Of a stretch of DNA of 64,000 nt, positions 37,447 to 50,249 are shown piece after piece. The notes below the pieces were generated by a model. It saw only the letters and a list, made by a program, of their open reading frames with translations. It did not search any database and was not told where the DNA came from. The translations under genes were made by a program, and so were the position numbers. Within the stretch, counting starts at the first letter, position 1, and each line of letters opens with the position of its first letter. Origin of the DNA: Takakia lepidozioides (Eukaryota > Plantae > Bryophyta); contig CM060733.1 of NCBI GenBank assembly GCA_030704615.1, positions 54,436,001 through 54,500,000 on the forward strand. Reading direction: 5' to 3'.

Positions 37447-39257
37447 AGTAAGCAGGTTACTTGATTATGCTTACTGCATGTGTTATTTGTTTGCTCGGTA
37501 TGTAATTTGCATGGGACTATGCATTGCTGATGGGCAGATGGTGGTATGTTTTTTGGCAGGGAGGTGACATGGGGCTGTATGGGCTGGCTGTATGTTCGAT
37601 GGGTATGATCTCGGGGGTTGTCATGTAATTCTCTACTTGATGGTGCAGGGGGTGTGTGCTGTATCATTTAGGCACTGTGGGGGATGAGAAAGTGGTGGCG
37701 GGTGGTGGGCATGCTAGGTTTTTATGAGTGGCAGGGTGTTTTTTTTTTTGGGGAAGCTGGGGTGGGCATGTTGGGTTTTTATGAGCTTTGGGTGTTTCTC
37801 TCCCTTGGGAAAGCTGGGGTGGCATGCTGGGGTTTTATTCTTCTTTGGGTGCTTCTCATTTTTGGGGGAGTTGGGGAGGGCTGCCACACTTGGGGGATGT
37901 CTGTGGGGATTATTTGGCTCCTCAGAGGTCCAATCTAGCAGCAATGATGACACCGATGCCACGAGGGACTCCAACTCTGACGGTTGGGATGGGTCCGATG
38001 ATGTCAACAATCCTCCACATGACCCATATGAATTTAATGACGACGATGTTGTAATGCACCCATCCTTCGATGACCTTGTTGTTGATAAACTACGACATGG
38101 TGTCATCCAAATTGCGGACCCCCTTCCCTCACTGGAGCACACTCTCAACAATGAAGTTGAGGTCAACTCTCCCCCACCACGAGTTCCACGGATTGCGGGA
38201 GATGTGTAGGTGGAATCGTCGGATGATGGCAACCGGCCGTTGTTATTCCTTTACCAACGTCCTGCCCCTGTGAACCGTGCTTCATCTCGCTCCATCTCAT
38301 TTTTTTCTTTCTCAAGCCGGTCCATCACATGCTGGTCCATCTAGTCTCTCTCCCCCTCATGTAATTCCTTCCATCGCTATTCCGATCCTGGGAGATGCTT
38401 CTTCTGTTGCGGGACTTTTGCAAGTCGAACCATCGGATGACGACGACCGACCATTGTCATTTTATCTGGCTCGACGACGTCCGCATGTGAATCATGCTCC
38501 TTCGACCCTTGCTGGTCCATCTCATGCCCCTTCCTCTCATGTTGGCCCCTCTGATGTATGTGCAAGTAGCCTTCCTCATACGAGACCTGCTCCAAGGCCA
38601 CCATGAAATCTGGGACAAGCCCAGAAACGACAGAGAATTGTGCAACCTTTTGTTGGTGACCGACCTGTGACAGGCCTGATACCCTAGATGGTATTCATGA
38701 TAGGAATGGAAATCGACCAGAGAGACAACTGAACGTACTTCGAGGACGACTACAGGTCCAACGGCCAGTTGCCTCTGGAAACAAAAAAATAGATGGAGAT
38801 GATGATTCCAGCACTGATCATGGGAACGGGGGTGAAGTGAGTGGGGACGACGATTTTGTACTGGGCGTGAGAACATACCATGGTCGTCGTGCCAGACGGA
38901 ACTAAGTACAGCTATAACTTCTGTCACATGATGTGTAGTATGTTTCCATGGATATCCATGTTTCAGTTTGGGACATGCATACGTGTACGGAAATAAAAAT
39001 GGTGGAATATGTGTACCCAAGAAATGGTTTGGTGGTTGTGTGTGTGTTTGTGTTTCGTCATTACCTTTACATTATTGATTTCATATTATGGTTTCGAAAG
39101 CCATAAAGGCCAGGTGTGTTAGAGGGCTATCTGGGACTTAGACATTTTTATGGGTTCTGTGGGGTATCCTTAATTTTGCGCAGACCTATGGTGGTAGACT
39201 CAGACCAATACATACCTTAGGGGTGACAGACACAGGCCTTAGGGGTTGTAGACAGGC

Positions 39258-39458
39258 TCACACAGTCAACAGTCACAGGCTTACACAGTCAGTCACAGCC
39301 TGACACAGCCTATCATAGCCTTACACAACATATCATAGCCTATCATAGTCAGCCACAGCCTTACACAGCCTATCACAGCTTATTACAGTCTGACACAACC
39401 CGACACAGTCTGTCACAGCCTATCACAGCCTGACACAGTCAATCACAGCCCGTCACAA
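39258..39458. repeat. 10-bp tandem array (ACACAGCCT-type) inside the LTR
   Basis: About 20 degenerate decamer units; mirrored at 49333-49445. Confidence 0.9.
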
Positions 39459-41161
39459 CGTTCACGGGGAACGGTTATCATTGGTAGGGAATGACTGTGT
39501 GGGAATGACATCTGCAGAGGGAACGTGCATTCTATCTTGGATGACAGTTAGTTAGTTAGGCGGTTAGAACAGCTTGGAGGTAGTATAGGCAGAGTAGCGA
39601 CATGGAGGGGGTCACTTCGGAGATCACTTCTGGGATATCACTTGAGGAGATCAGGCAGAGAGCACAATCTTGGAGCACAAGGATGGAGATTACACAGAGG
39701 AGGAGATACGACAAGATGATGCTTGATTCATGCAAGCTGTAGAGATGCACTTTAGAGCAGATTACAGACACCTTGGCTTCGGCCTGATACATGATGAGTG
39801 AAGCTGTGGAATGAATGCTTGAGAAGTTGGAACATGGTAGATTGCAGAAGCAATCTGATACTTAATCATAGACAGTACAATAATCTGCTAACATGAATGC
39901 GAGAAGGAATACAAATAGGAAGTACCCCCATGATACACTAGTTGTAGGTCATGACTAATTGTTCTGAGCGGGAGGAGTACTTAGAGATATCCAACTCTTC
40001 TATCTTGGAGTTTCCACCTCGGATAGCGAAGGGATGGGTGAGTAAAAGCCGCTCGACATTTGGCGACCATACTGGGGAACTGAGTCAAGAACAACCAGAT
40101 GTGATAGGCATCTGGTGGGATCATGGTGGATGGAGAATCAAAGAATTTGATGTGAATCAAATTCCCTGTGAAACTGAGAAAGAAAGATTGTCTAAACAAT
40201 TCTTTCAGAGGTTCTTGGAATTGCCGGACGGTTGCAAGGAAAACATTCTTAAGAGAGTGCATGATGCTGATCCAGAGTGGGGTCTGGAGAAATGAGTAAT
40301 AAAGATTTATCAAGTGGCATATAGAGGGAGAGCAAGTTGGTTACCAACACTGGTTTATGTGATAGCATTGCTATCCATTAAACAAGTGGAGTTTGAAAGC
40401 TGGGAGGAATGGAAAGTAATGTTTTTACTCATATGCATGAAGAGCTTGTACTGGTAAAGAATTGGATTCCTAAGGATATCTTGTGGATCAAACTTACACC
40501 AAGAACAACTTTTCAGACCTGCTTGCCATATGGTTATATGGTAACTAAGCCTTCTAGTATAGCCAAAGGTACATTAAAGCTTGAGAGAAATCCAGGCATA
40601 TATGAGAGATACTACAGAAGAGAGTTTTGGTTATTGCCTCAATAAAGATATGAAAGACATGGAACATGAGTGATGAAAGGGAAGCTAGACTCCATAGATA
40701 TTCAGCAAAAAGAGAAAGTTATTTGAAAGCTAATTATCCATATCTCTGGGAGAGAGGAATAGACATAGGGGAATCTTCTGGACCTCTCACACCATTAAGG
40801 CCAGAGAGTACATCACCCATACCGGAAGAACCAGAATGGAATGCCAATCCTTCTTATTCTTTACAAGAAAGATTAAGGGATTTGGTACAGGATGAACATC
40901 AGCCACGGAGGGAAATATCTGAGGTACATCCCTGGGTTAAAGATTTGACAGAAATCTTTGATTAGAGTTGGCATGGAACACCAAGAGTAGGAACTCCAGT
41001 TTCTGAAACACAAGACAAAGAAGGAGAGGAAGATGTGGCAGAGCCAACGGAGAGTTCAGACTCTCCAACACCACTTCAGGTGAGTTATATGAGTGAGGAA
41101 GAAGAAATCCAAGAGAAGAACTTGGAAGATGAAAACAGATAGAAGAATTTGGAAGATGAAG

Positions 41162-44100
41162 TGTCGCGCACCTCACATCGGTAATCTCCCCTTCAAGTCA
41201 TAGTTACTCGCTTTGATGCGCGCGCCTGACTCCCAACCTGGCCGTCGGGCCAACTTGGAGCTTCGGCTGCTCACCGGGACATAACGGTCCCCTTTCGCTT
41301 CCCTCTAAAACCCTCCACCTAATTGGGACTAGGAGAATTCCCTTTGGTAGATGGCAGTCCGGAACAGCTCCCCACTCTTTGGTCGCTTTCCGGCTCGCTC
41401 GCTTACTCACTAGTTTTTGGTCACCAACGGGCTTGCACCGTTCTCGGGGTTACTACTCCCTATATATACTTCTGTAGCTGTCCGCGGGGGTTTCACAACC
41501 AGCCATGCCATTTTATGGCGAACCACCACGAAGACCCTCGATTCCCGGTGGTGAGTCGCGGTGAGTCTTGGCCCGCTCACCACGGCCCCTATGGACCGTG
41601 ATGAGTCCCAAGACTCCCCACGACTCCCACCACGAGGTCTCCGCCCCCATGGTGAGTCATATGCCACCCCCACTAAGTCCCACTAAGCTACCACCACCCC
41701 TTGTGGAGCCACCCCCACCGCAACCCGGTGTGCGGGGCTCCACCTAGTGAGCGCCTCCGCTTCCCTGAGTGCCTTGGGCACTCAAGGGTGCCTCAGCCCC
41801 CCATACCTATCGCTGCCGCTGCCCCCACCACAGGGGCAGCCCCTCACGTGTCTCGACCCCTTGCCCTCAAGGCAAAGGGCCGCGACACACACCCCTACCA
41901 ACAGGGAGTCGATGTCCTCATCGACTTGTCCATTTTGTAGAAACGAACATCCAAGTTGTGGTGTCCCACATCAAGGAGTTTGTTTCTGTACCATGGCGTC
42001 CCATGGCAAAGAACCAAACCCCACACTTGACTCTACTCTCCACTAGCTAGTTCGGCCGACTTTCTCCAAGTCCCGGCCAAGGGTGGAGCCTCTCCAGCTC
42101 CTCCCAGTGCACTCTTCTTGGCCTACTTCAAGGCCAAGGAACGATCCTCCCGAGGATCGAATTGCCTTACTGCAACAACATTGCTTGCGATCGCTCATGA
42201 TGCCGCTTTTGGCATCACCTTGAGCAAGGGTTCACCTGGAACCCTCTTTGACTAGGAAGATAACCTTGAACCAACCGTGCGCCCAATCACTACAATTGGG
42301 TCCGCCTTGGAATGCTGGCCTGAGGTACGGGAACACGTCGAAGCCGCACTACGACTTCGTCCCGAGGCTATACGATTATAGTACGTGAACGGAAGCACGT
42401 AGCTTCCGCGTTAGCCCGCACTACAAGGCAACCCCCTCGGTAGCGCAGTTATAGTACGCGCACGCGCCAGGTGCGCACTAGCACGTGAACTCCCAAAGAA
42501 GGCGCAAGTTTCCTTGCCCCTTGGATGGGAGTCACCCGATTTCGGCACTGCGCAAACACACGATTAACCCAATTTACCTCTCCCACTTTTGTAAGCTAGC
42601 ATGCATTCTACACACTAGCCAACCACACCATGCATCACCATTCCAAACACAATAGGACGCACAATATTTGGAACCCATTTCCTTTATAACAAATTTTTGT
42701 ACAATACAAGTTTTTGCAATCGGATTCCTAAGCTAGCTAAACCGGGCTAAGCATGCATTTCCTCCCCCACGCTCCAAGGTTGATGTCCCCATCAACGCTT
42801 CTTCCGCTTTTGAGGTCGCCCTTCGAAAGCTGCAACCGCCTCGGATGCGTTTCCCATTTCTGAGGCACGCACCCAAGATGCCTCCACGTGATGATAGCCC
42901 TTCCATTTGACGAGATACTCCGTTTCTCGGTTCTTGAACCTCCTCGACTTAAGTATTGCCTCCACCTCGTACTCAGGTTCATTTTCATGATCCAACAGCA
43001 TAGGTGGTGGACGCAACACTTGATGCCGATTCGGACGCGCTTCATCTTTGAAGTAAGGCTTCAAAAGGGAGACATGGAATACTGGGTGCACCTTGCTGTT
43101 TGCCGGCAGCTCCAATTCATACACATCCTCATTCATAACCTTCCGAATGCGAAAGGGTCCCGCATACGGAGGTACGAACTTCGGACTCACTTCCGGAGGT
43201 AGTCGGAAATTCTTGATGTTCAACCAGACCTCTGTGCCTGCCTCAAACTTCATTTCCCTCCGCTTCCGATTCGCCTGCCTTTCATACCGTTTCCTAGCTT
43301 TGGCAATATTGTACTTTGCGAGCTTCAACAAACGCTCGCGTTCTTCCAGTACCGCCGCTACTGCCGGTTCCTCAACGTCCTGGGCGGCCCAACTTGTCGG
43401 CACCATAGGTGCTTTTCCATAGACCAACACAAAAGGGGAAACTCCCGTTGCGGAGTGTTCTGTGTTATTATAACAGAACTCTGCCGCGTCTAAGTGTTCC
43501 ATCCAGTTTGATTGGTCTGCCGACACGTAATTCCGCAAGAATTGCTTCACTACGGAATTCACTCTTTCCGTTTGGCCGTCCGTCGTAGGTCGGAAGGCGG
43601 TGCTCATCTTCAGCCTCGTCCCCATCTTCTTCCAAAGTGCTCTCCAGAATTTACTCGTAAACTTTGGATCGCGGTCCGAGACAATATCCTTCGGGACTCC
43701 ATGATGCTTTAAGACGTGGACGAAGTAAAGTCGCCCTATCTCCTGCGCCGTTGCCGTCTCCTTGGTGGGGATGAAATGGCCCATTTTACTGAACCTATCC
43801 ACCACCACCATGAATGCATCGAATCCTTTTGACAACGGCATAGCAGTCATGAAATCCATCGAGACGCTTTCCCAAGTCCCCTCTGGAATCGGCAAGGATT
43901 GTAACAGCCCCGCTTGCTTTTTGTACTCGCTCCGGTTTTGTTGGCATGTGGTGCATGTCTTGACATACTCCTCTGCCTCCTCCCTCAGTTTGGGCCAGAA
44001 ATACTCTTTCTTCAAGAGTGCCGCAGTGCGCTTGGCTCCACCGTGGCCCGCAAGCGGGCTATCATGGCATTCTCTCAAGAGACTATCCCTGATCCCTCCC

Positions 44101-47100
44101 TTCGGCACGTAGAGACGCTTTTGCTTATACCGGAGCAGTCCATTTTGCAAGTGGAACTGCGATTTAACCCCCATCCTCAAGTCCTGCATCACGGACTTCG
44201 CCAGCTCATCCTTCCGGCAAGCCTTCCGGATCTTCCTTTGGAGTGTCGTCTCGCCCTTGTACACCAACAAGAGCTGCTGCTTTCTACTTAAAGCATCGGC
44301 CACCACATTGTCCCGTCCCGGTTTGTACTGGATATCCACGTCGAACACTGCCAAAGTATCTTGCCACCTAAGTTGTTTTGGGGACAACTTGGGCTGTGTG
44401 GCAAAATACTTCACCGTGACATTGTCCGTGAACACCTTCACTGGGTTGGAACCAACATAGTGGCGCCAGAGCTCAAGGCAATGCACCACCGCCTTCATCT
44501 CTTTTTCGTGCGTTGGCCACCGTCGCTCCACTTCATTCAGTTTCTTACTTTCGTAAGCCACTGGACGTCCATCTTGCATAAGTACACCCCCAATCGCGAA
44601 GTCCGATGCATCTGTATGAATCTTAAACGGACGATGGAACTCCGGGATTTTCAAGACTGGAGCTTCCGTCATCCGCGGCTTCAATTCAGCAAAAGCTTGG
44701 CCACAAAATGTGTTCCATACCCAGACTTTGGATTTACACAGAAGGTCCGACGGCGGCCCCGCGATCTTGGCGAAATTTCTCACATACTTCCGGTAATAGG
44801 AGGCGAGTCCTAGGAAGGATCGCACTCCCGGGACCGAAGTCGGAGGCTCCCAGTCCAAGATCGCCCTCACCTTTCTGTCATCCATTTTGATCCCATCCTG
44901 TGTAATCACATGCCCCAAGAACTCCACTTTTGTGACCCCGAATTCGCACTTTGAAGCTTTGGCATACAACTTCCCTTCTCGCAATTTTTGGAACACCCTT
45001 TTGAGGTGCTCAAGGTGCTCCTCCTTTGTTTTCGAGTACACCAAGATGTCGTCGATGTACACGATCACAAAGTCATCCAACCACTCCTGGAAGAGGCTGT
45101 TCATCAGCGTGCTAAATGTCGCTGGTGCATTGGTGAGCCCAAAAGGCATCACCAAGAACTCATATGAACCATACCTTGTCCTGCACGCGGTCTTCTCCTC
45201 ATCTCCTTCCGCCACCCGAATTTGGTGATAGCCGGAGCGCAAGTCGATCCGGCTGAAATACTTCGCTCCTGCCAACCGATCGAAGAGGTCATCGATCCTT
45301 GGCAAAGGGTACCGGTTTTTGATAGTCACCTTATTCAGAGCCCTGTAATCGACACACATCCGCAGCGTCCCATCCTTCTTGTCTGCAAATAGCACCGGGG
45401 CTCCGTAAGGTGACTTACTCGGCCGGATGTACCCCTTTGACATTAGATCCTTGAGCTGAGTCTTCAGCTCGACCAACTCTCTGTGGCTCAACCGGTAGGG
45501 CGCCTTGGCAGGTGGTTCCGATCCCGGTATCACCTCAATCTTATGGTCAACTCCTCTTCGCGGTGGCAAGCCGCTTGGTAATTCCTCCGGCATCACATCC
45601 TGGTATTTCTCCAAAATCCCCTTGATCCAATTTGGGCTCGGCTCCCCATCGCCTTCTCCCTTCACTTCTCTAATGTAAAGCAAGAACTGGGTTTCGTGTG
45701 CCTCCTCCACGGCCCACTCCCTTGCTGACAGAAGGTTTATTCGCCCTCCCACGGATTTGGGCGTTTCCGACACTCGTAAGACCTCGCCACCATTCCCACA
45801 TGGCAGCGTGACTACTCTCTTGCGGCCATCTATGACCGCTCCGGATTTGCTCAAAAAGGTCATCCCTAAAATGAGATCTACTCCATCGATCTCGCAGATG
45901 GTGAAGTTCTCACGTCCCTCCCAACTCCCCAGTTGAAGAGGAACATCCATCGCCAACCTTGTCGCCAACTGTGGTTCTCCTTTGGCAGAACGCACCTCAA
46001 TAGAGACCCCCACGTCACTTGTCGGGAGTCCCAGCTTTTGTGTCGTTGCCGGTGTCATGAAGGAGTGCGACGCTCCTGTGTCCACCAACAACGACACATT
46101 AGTTCCAGATATTATCCCATCCACGAACAATAACTGACTCCCTTTTCGTAAGACGCCAGTTTCCTGATACAACTCACAAGAAAATTTGCCTACCTTGCAA
46201 GTTCTGGCGACCACCGCTTCCACCAAGCGACTGATGGTATCTTCCGACAGCTCCGTGGTCGCCCGAGTCATGTTCAATTGCCGGGGCTTCGTGCACTTCT
46301 TGGCCATGTGCCCGGGTTCCCCGCAATTGAAACACACTCCATCAAAGGTCGCCTTCTGTCCGCCATAAGCCGCTCCACCCGCTTTTCCTTTCAGAGCACC
46401 GAGTGCCGCCTTGACGTGTGAAGGCCCTCCCTTCGATTTCCACGTGCCATTATCGCCGCGTGGCCTATCCCACTTCTTTTCCGGTCGGAAGGAGTCACCT
46501 TCCCGCCGAATCTTCTTGTGGTTCAGCTCCGTACGGCCTTGTCTTTCACCCCTAGGGACATCCGAGAAACATTCAGCCCTCTCAATTGCCTCGTTCAAAG
46601 TCTTGGGTGGCTTCTCCTCCAACTTCCGCCTGGCCCATGGGGCCAGTCCCGCCACAAAGTTGAAGACCATTTCTGGTTCTGCCATGTCCGCGACTTCGAG
46701 CAACAGCACATTGAAAGCCTGGACGTACCCCCGAATGTCATCTGTTTGCTTCAAATTCCTCATCTTGTCCCGGGCAAGCCAGGACGCGTTGAGGGGCACA
46801 AACTGTCTCTTCAACAATTCCTTGAACCCACTCCAGTTCAAGGTTTCCGGACTTGGACCTCGGTCGTGAAGGCGTTTCTGCCACCATTGTTGAGCATAGC
46901 CCCTCAAATAGGTGGGAGCCACTTCCACGCGATCCTCGTCACTCAACTTGGCCGCCCGGAAGTACTGCTCCAGCTCCAAGAGCCAGGTGTTGAGTGCCTT
47001 CCGATTTCGGACGCCCTCGAAGGTGTCGGGTTTCTTAGGCTTCACCTTAAACTTTGCCTTAGTGGAAGTGGCATTAGCCGCCTTCAACACGTCTTTCAAC

Positions 47101-48135
47101 GTCCCGCCAAACTGCGCCAACAACCCTTCCCAAAAGGCTGCCGGCATGGGAGACATCTCTTGGTTTGTCGGAGCTCTCAAGGATTCCTTGGGCTCCGACT
47201 CCTCGGATTCCTCTCGCTCTTGGGCGGCCTCGTTTTCAGAAACATGCATCGCTTCCTCAAACGGCCGCCTCTGTGACACGCCGCCCCCATCGGGCTCACC
47301 GGGATCATCATCTTTTGGGCCGTTCCGCTTTCGCTTCGGCTTGCCCAACCCCATGATGAGGCCAATCCCAAGGATGATCGCGTACTGAACTCTAAGCTCT
47401 GATACCAAGTGTCGCGCACCTCACATCGGTAATCTCCCCTTCAAGTCATAGTTACTCGCTTTGATGCGCGCGCCTGACTCCCAACCTGGCCGCCGGGCCA
47501 ACTTGGAGCTTCGGCTGCTCACCGGGACATAACGGTCCCCTTTCGCTTCCCTCTAAAACCCTCCACCTAATTGGGACTAGGAGAATTCCCTTTGGTAGAT
47601 GGCAGTCCGGAACAGCTCCCCACTCTTTGGTCGCTTTCCGGCTCGCTCGCTTACTCACTAGTTTTTGGTCACCAACGGGCTTGCACCGTTCTCGGGGTTA
47701 CTACTCCCTACATATACTTCTGTAGCTGTCCGCGGGGGTTTCACAACCAGCCATGCCATTTTATGGCGAACCACCACGAAGACCCTCGATTCCCGGTGGT
47801 GAGTCGCGGTGAGTCTTGGCCCACTCACCACGGCCCCTATGGACCGTGATGAGTCCCAAGACTCCCCACGACTCCCACCACGAGGTCTCCGCTCCCATGG
47901 TGAGTCCTATGCCACCCCCACTAAGTCCCACTAAGCTACCACCACCCCTTGTGGAGCCACCCCCACCGCAACCCGGTGTGCGGGGCTCCACCTAGTGAGC
48001 GCCTCCGCTTCCCTGAGTGCCTTGGGCACTCAAGGGTGCCTCAGCCCCCCATACCTATCGCTGCCGCTGCCCCCACCACAGGGGCAGCCCCTCATGTGTC
48101 CCGACCCCCTACCCTCAAGGCAAAGGGCCGCGACA
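41162..48135 (-). mobile_element. Ty3/gypsy chromovirus, Galadriel-like, copy 2 (full length, intact ORF)
   Basis: LTRs 47410-48135 and 41162-41887 (726 bp each, roughly 10 substitutions by eye); PBS-Met; TSD TGAAG at 41157-41161 and 48147-48151. Confidence 0.97.
42792..47354 (-). CDS. Uninterrupted Gag-Pol polyprotein (1520 aa from the first ATG): gag, CCHC, PR (LVDTGA), RT, RNase H, IN, chromodomain
   Basis: Single ORF in the track (42792..47408); first ATG at 47354; all catalytic motifs recognisable. Confidence 0.95.
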   Translation of the reverse strand: MGLGKPKRKRNGPKDDDPGEPDGGGVSQRRPFEEAMHVSENEAAQEREESEESEPKESLRAPTNQEMSPMPAAFWEGLLAQFGGTLKDVLKAANATSTKAKFKVKPKKPDTFEGVRNRKALNTWLLELEQYFRAAKLSDEDRVEVAPTYLRGYAQQWWQKRLHDRGPSPETLNWSGFKELLKRQFVPLNASWLARDKMRNLKQTDDIRGYVQAFNVLLLEVADMAEPEMVFNFVAGLAPWARRKLEEKPPKTLNEAIERAECFSDVPRGERQGRTELNHKKIRREGDSFRPEKKWDRPRGDNGTWKSKGGPSHVKAALGALKGKAGGAAYGGQKATFDGVCFNCGEPGHMAKKCTKPRQLNMTRATTELSEDTISRLVEAVVARTCKVGKFSCELYQETGVLRKGSQLLFVDGIISGTNVSLLVDTGASHSFMTPATTQKLGLPTSDVGVSIEVRSAKGEPQLATRLAMDVPLQLGSWEGRENFTICEIDGVDLILGMTFLSKSGAVIDGRKRVVTLPCGNGGEVLRVSETPKSVGGRINLLSAREWAVEEAHETQFLLYIREVKGEGDGEPSPNWIKGILEKYQDVMPEELPSGLPPRRGVDHKIEVIPGSEPPAKAPYRLSHRELVELKTQLKDLMSKGYIRPSKSPYGAPVLFADKKDGTLRMCVDYRALNKVTIKNRYPLPRIDDLFDRLAGAKYFSRIDLRSGYHQIRVAEGDEEKTACRTRYGSYEFLVMPFGLTNAPATFSTLMNSLFQEWLDDFVIVYIDDILVYSKTKEEHLEHLKRVFQKLREGKLYAKASKCEFGVTKVEFLGHVITQDGIKMDDRKVRAILDWEPPTSVPGVRSFLGLASYYRKYVRNFAKIAGPPSDLLCKSKVWVWNTFCGQAFAELKPRMTEAPVLKIPEFHRPFKIHTDASDFAIGGVLMQDGRPVAYESKKLNEVERRWPTHEKEMKAVVHCLELWRHYVGSNPVKVFTDNVTVKYFATQPKLSPKQLRWQDTLAVFDVDIQYKPGRDNVVADALSRKQQLLLVYKGETTLQRKIRKACRKDELAKSVMQDLRMGVKSQFHLQNGLLRYKQKRLYVPKGGIRDSLLRECHDSPLAGHGGAKRTAALLKKEYFWPKLREEAEEYVKTCTTCQQNRSEYKKQAGLLQSLPIPEGTWESVSMDFMTAMPLSKGFDAFMVVVDRFSKMGHFIPTKETATAQEIGRLYFVHVLKHHGVPKDIVSDRDPKFTSKFWRALWKKMGTRLKMSTAFRPTTDGQTERVNSVVKQFLRNYVSADQSNWMEHLDAAEFCYNNTEHSATGVSPFVLVYGKAPMVPTSWAAQDVEEPAVAAVLEERERLLKLAKYNIAKARKRYERQANRKRREMKFEAGTEVWLNIKNFRLPPEVSPKFVPPYAGPFRIRKVMNEDVYELELPANSKVHPVFHVSLLKPYFKDEARPNRHQVLRPPPMLLDHENEPEYEVEAILKSRRFKNRETEYLVKWKGYHHVEASWVRASEMGNASEAVAAFEGRPQKRKKR

Positions 48136-49332
48136 CACACCCCGTATGAAGAAGTAGACCCAACAGTTGAGGTTGAGACTACAACCAGGACATCCCAACC
48201 TGTTGGACCTAGATCAAGTGGAGCACTTGGATCACAGGCCAACATAGGTGTCGGCTCAGGGGGATCAGGCGGGCAGCTTGGATCTGGCTCTGGGGGGATA
48301 GGGAGTGTGGGAAGTAATGCAACTAGAGCTGGGGGTACTGCAAGTACAGGGAGTGCTCAGGGGCCAACACTAGGTGGAAGTTCCACCACTACAACAGCAG
48401 GTCCTCAAGGACCAGCACCAACAAGAGGACCAGCACCTGTGAGAGGGCAGGGTGTAGGGCCACAGATGGCGGTACCTCCAACACGGGCAAAGCCACCTTT
48501 TCCAATATATGTAGGAAAAGGGGATCCTGATGTACACATCAGCCAATTTGAGCACATGTGTATTGTGAACAATGAGAATGGCGATGATGCCAAAATGAGA
48601 CTGTTTCCTTGTTCACTTATCAAGAAAACAAGTGAATGGTATGCAAGGTTTCTTAACAATCATTTCCTAACCTGGAATGGCCTTAGTACAGCATTCCGAA
48701 ACAGGTTCTGGACAAGCAGAACTGAGGATGAAGTGTATGGGAGTTTACAACAGTTGAGGCAAAAGAAGCATGAAACTGTTGAAGAATATATGGAAAAGAT
48801 GGAGTTAATGATGAAAACGCTGCCTGCTGTACCAGCACCAGGATTACAGAAGACCTGGTTTGTGAGTGGATGAAGACTTGAATTACAGAAGAAAATGGAT
48901 ATGCTACCCCATAATACAGTGGAGGAGGCATTCGAAATAGCCAATAGAATTGAGCAATTGGAAATGCTCAGGAGAGATAAAAGGGATGATGATGACTCTG
49001 AAGATGAGTCAGATGAGGAAGAAGAGCAAGAAGAAGGAAAAGTTGAAGAGGGACAAATATGAAAAAAGATTGGAAGAAATCTTGAAAAAAGTACGCCACA
49101 GAGGCTGCAACACATTGGAGGAAAGGTGTTTGGTATGCAAAGTGTCAAAATGAAGACAGCTGAATGCCACATGAAGGAGAAACACTGTACTATCTGTAAA
49201 ATGGATAACCATTCTACTGAGAATTGTTATTACAACAGAAGGACAGCTACAAGAGAACCTAGGCAAGTGCATCAAGTGCAACCTTAGCCAAGAAGAAACA
49301 ATGACCAGGACCACTATGGTAGGTTGTCTCAT

Positions 49333-50210
49333 GTTGTGTTAGGCTGTGTCAGACTGTGTTAGATTGTGACAGGTTGTAATAGACTGTGTAAGGCTATGTA
49401 AGGCCGTGATAGGCTGTGTAAGCCTGTGACTGTTGACTGTGTGAGCCTGTCTACCACCCCCAAGGTCTGTGTCCGTCACCCCTAAGGCCTGTATTGGTCT
49501 GAGTCTACCACCCGTAGGTCTGTGCAAAATTAAGGGTACCCCACAGAATCCGTAAAATTGTCTAAGTCCCAGACAACCCTCTAACATTATCCCCCCCCCC
49601 CCCCCCCTTTTCAAAAAGTCGTGTCCTCACGGATTACTGCTTAGGATCAGCAAACCTTTGTGAACGAACATTTTTTTGCTGGTGAGAGTGCTTTGGAGGT
49701 CTCTGTGTGTGAGCCCAAGCCATGTCTGTGGCTGGTGGGGATGACTGCCGACTAGATGGAGCTGACTGCCCTACCTTTGGTTGATATGGAGGCAACTTCT
49801 CAGGCATATGAGATCCAGTATTCGAATCATCTTCCCCTCGTTGGTCGTGCGGTTTCATGACCTTATTAGAAAACTTGACTGGCATACAATGTATGCCCAC
49901 CATGTCTGGAAGCTTATACTGTAAGACTTGTGTCAACCTCTTTCGGGCAAGATTAGTGTATGTCCGCAACTCATCATTTGTATAGCTGAGTGGTGTGCCA
50001 ATGACGTTGGAAAAGTGTAACCACTTTCTGGCTTCATGCCCCTTGGGAAAGATGTGGTTAAGGCCCAAGTTCTGCAGAGCAAAAGTAACCAAGAACGGAG
50101 TTGGGGATCCTTCTGAAGCATGATCCTTACATCATACAGATATGTGTGTGGTGGAACTGGAGGTAACGTCCAATGGTCCCCATTGGAATAAGTTTGAAAC
50201 CTCATCTGCA
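49333..50210 (-). mobile_element. 3' end of the older gypsy family (3' ORF remnant, GAGGAC hairpin, poly-G PPT, truncated 3' LTR 49586-49333)
   Basis: Minus strand reads CGTGAGGACACG...AAAAG(n)ATAA|TGTTAGAGGG, matching the LTR at 39117 in opposite orientation. Confidence 0.75.
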
Positions 50211-50249
50211 TCTTCTACTGCTCAGTGTGGTAGCGTAAAATAAAACAAG

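Larger units (their letters stand above)
39117..49330 (+). mobile_element. Older Ty3/gypsy element 5' half (364-bp LTR, decayed upstream ORF, gag), interrupted by chromovirus copy 2
   Basis: LTR 39117-39480 (TGTTAG...TTATCA) followed by TTGGTAGGG; gag at 48152-49290 (GDPDVHISQF...RLFPCSL...W...F; QKKHETVEEY; CxxC...H...C knuckle); the reading frame is continuous across the copy 2 insertion. Confidence 0.75.

Noticed and set aside
37925-38606. Independent acidic/Pro-rich gene
   Set aside because: Interrupted low-complexity ORFs, probably a transposon tail; identity unsupported.
47995-48873. 292-aa novel gene
   Set aside because: Chance fusion of antisense LTR sequence with the interrupted gag of the older element.
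39117-49586. DIRS-like element with inverted terminal repeats
   Set aside because: No tyrosine recombinase, and the right repeat has a PPT and internal sequence on its outer side, so it is an ordinary 3' LTR in reverse orientation.
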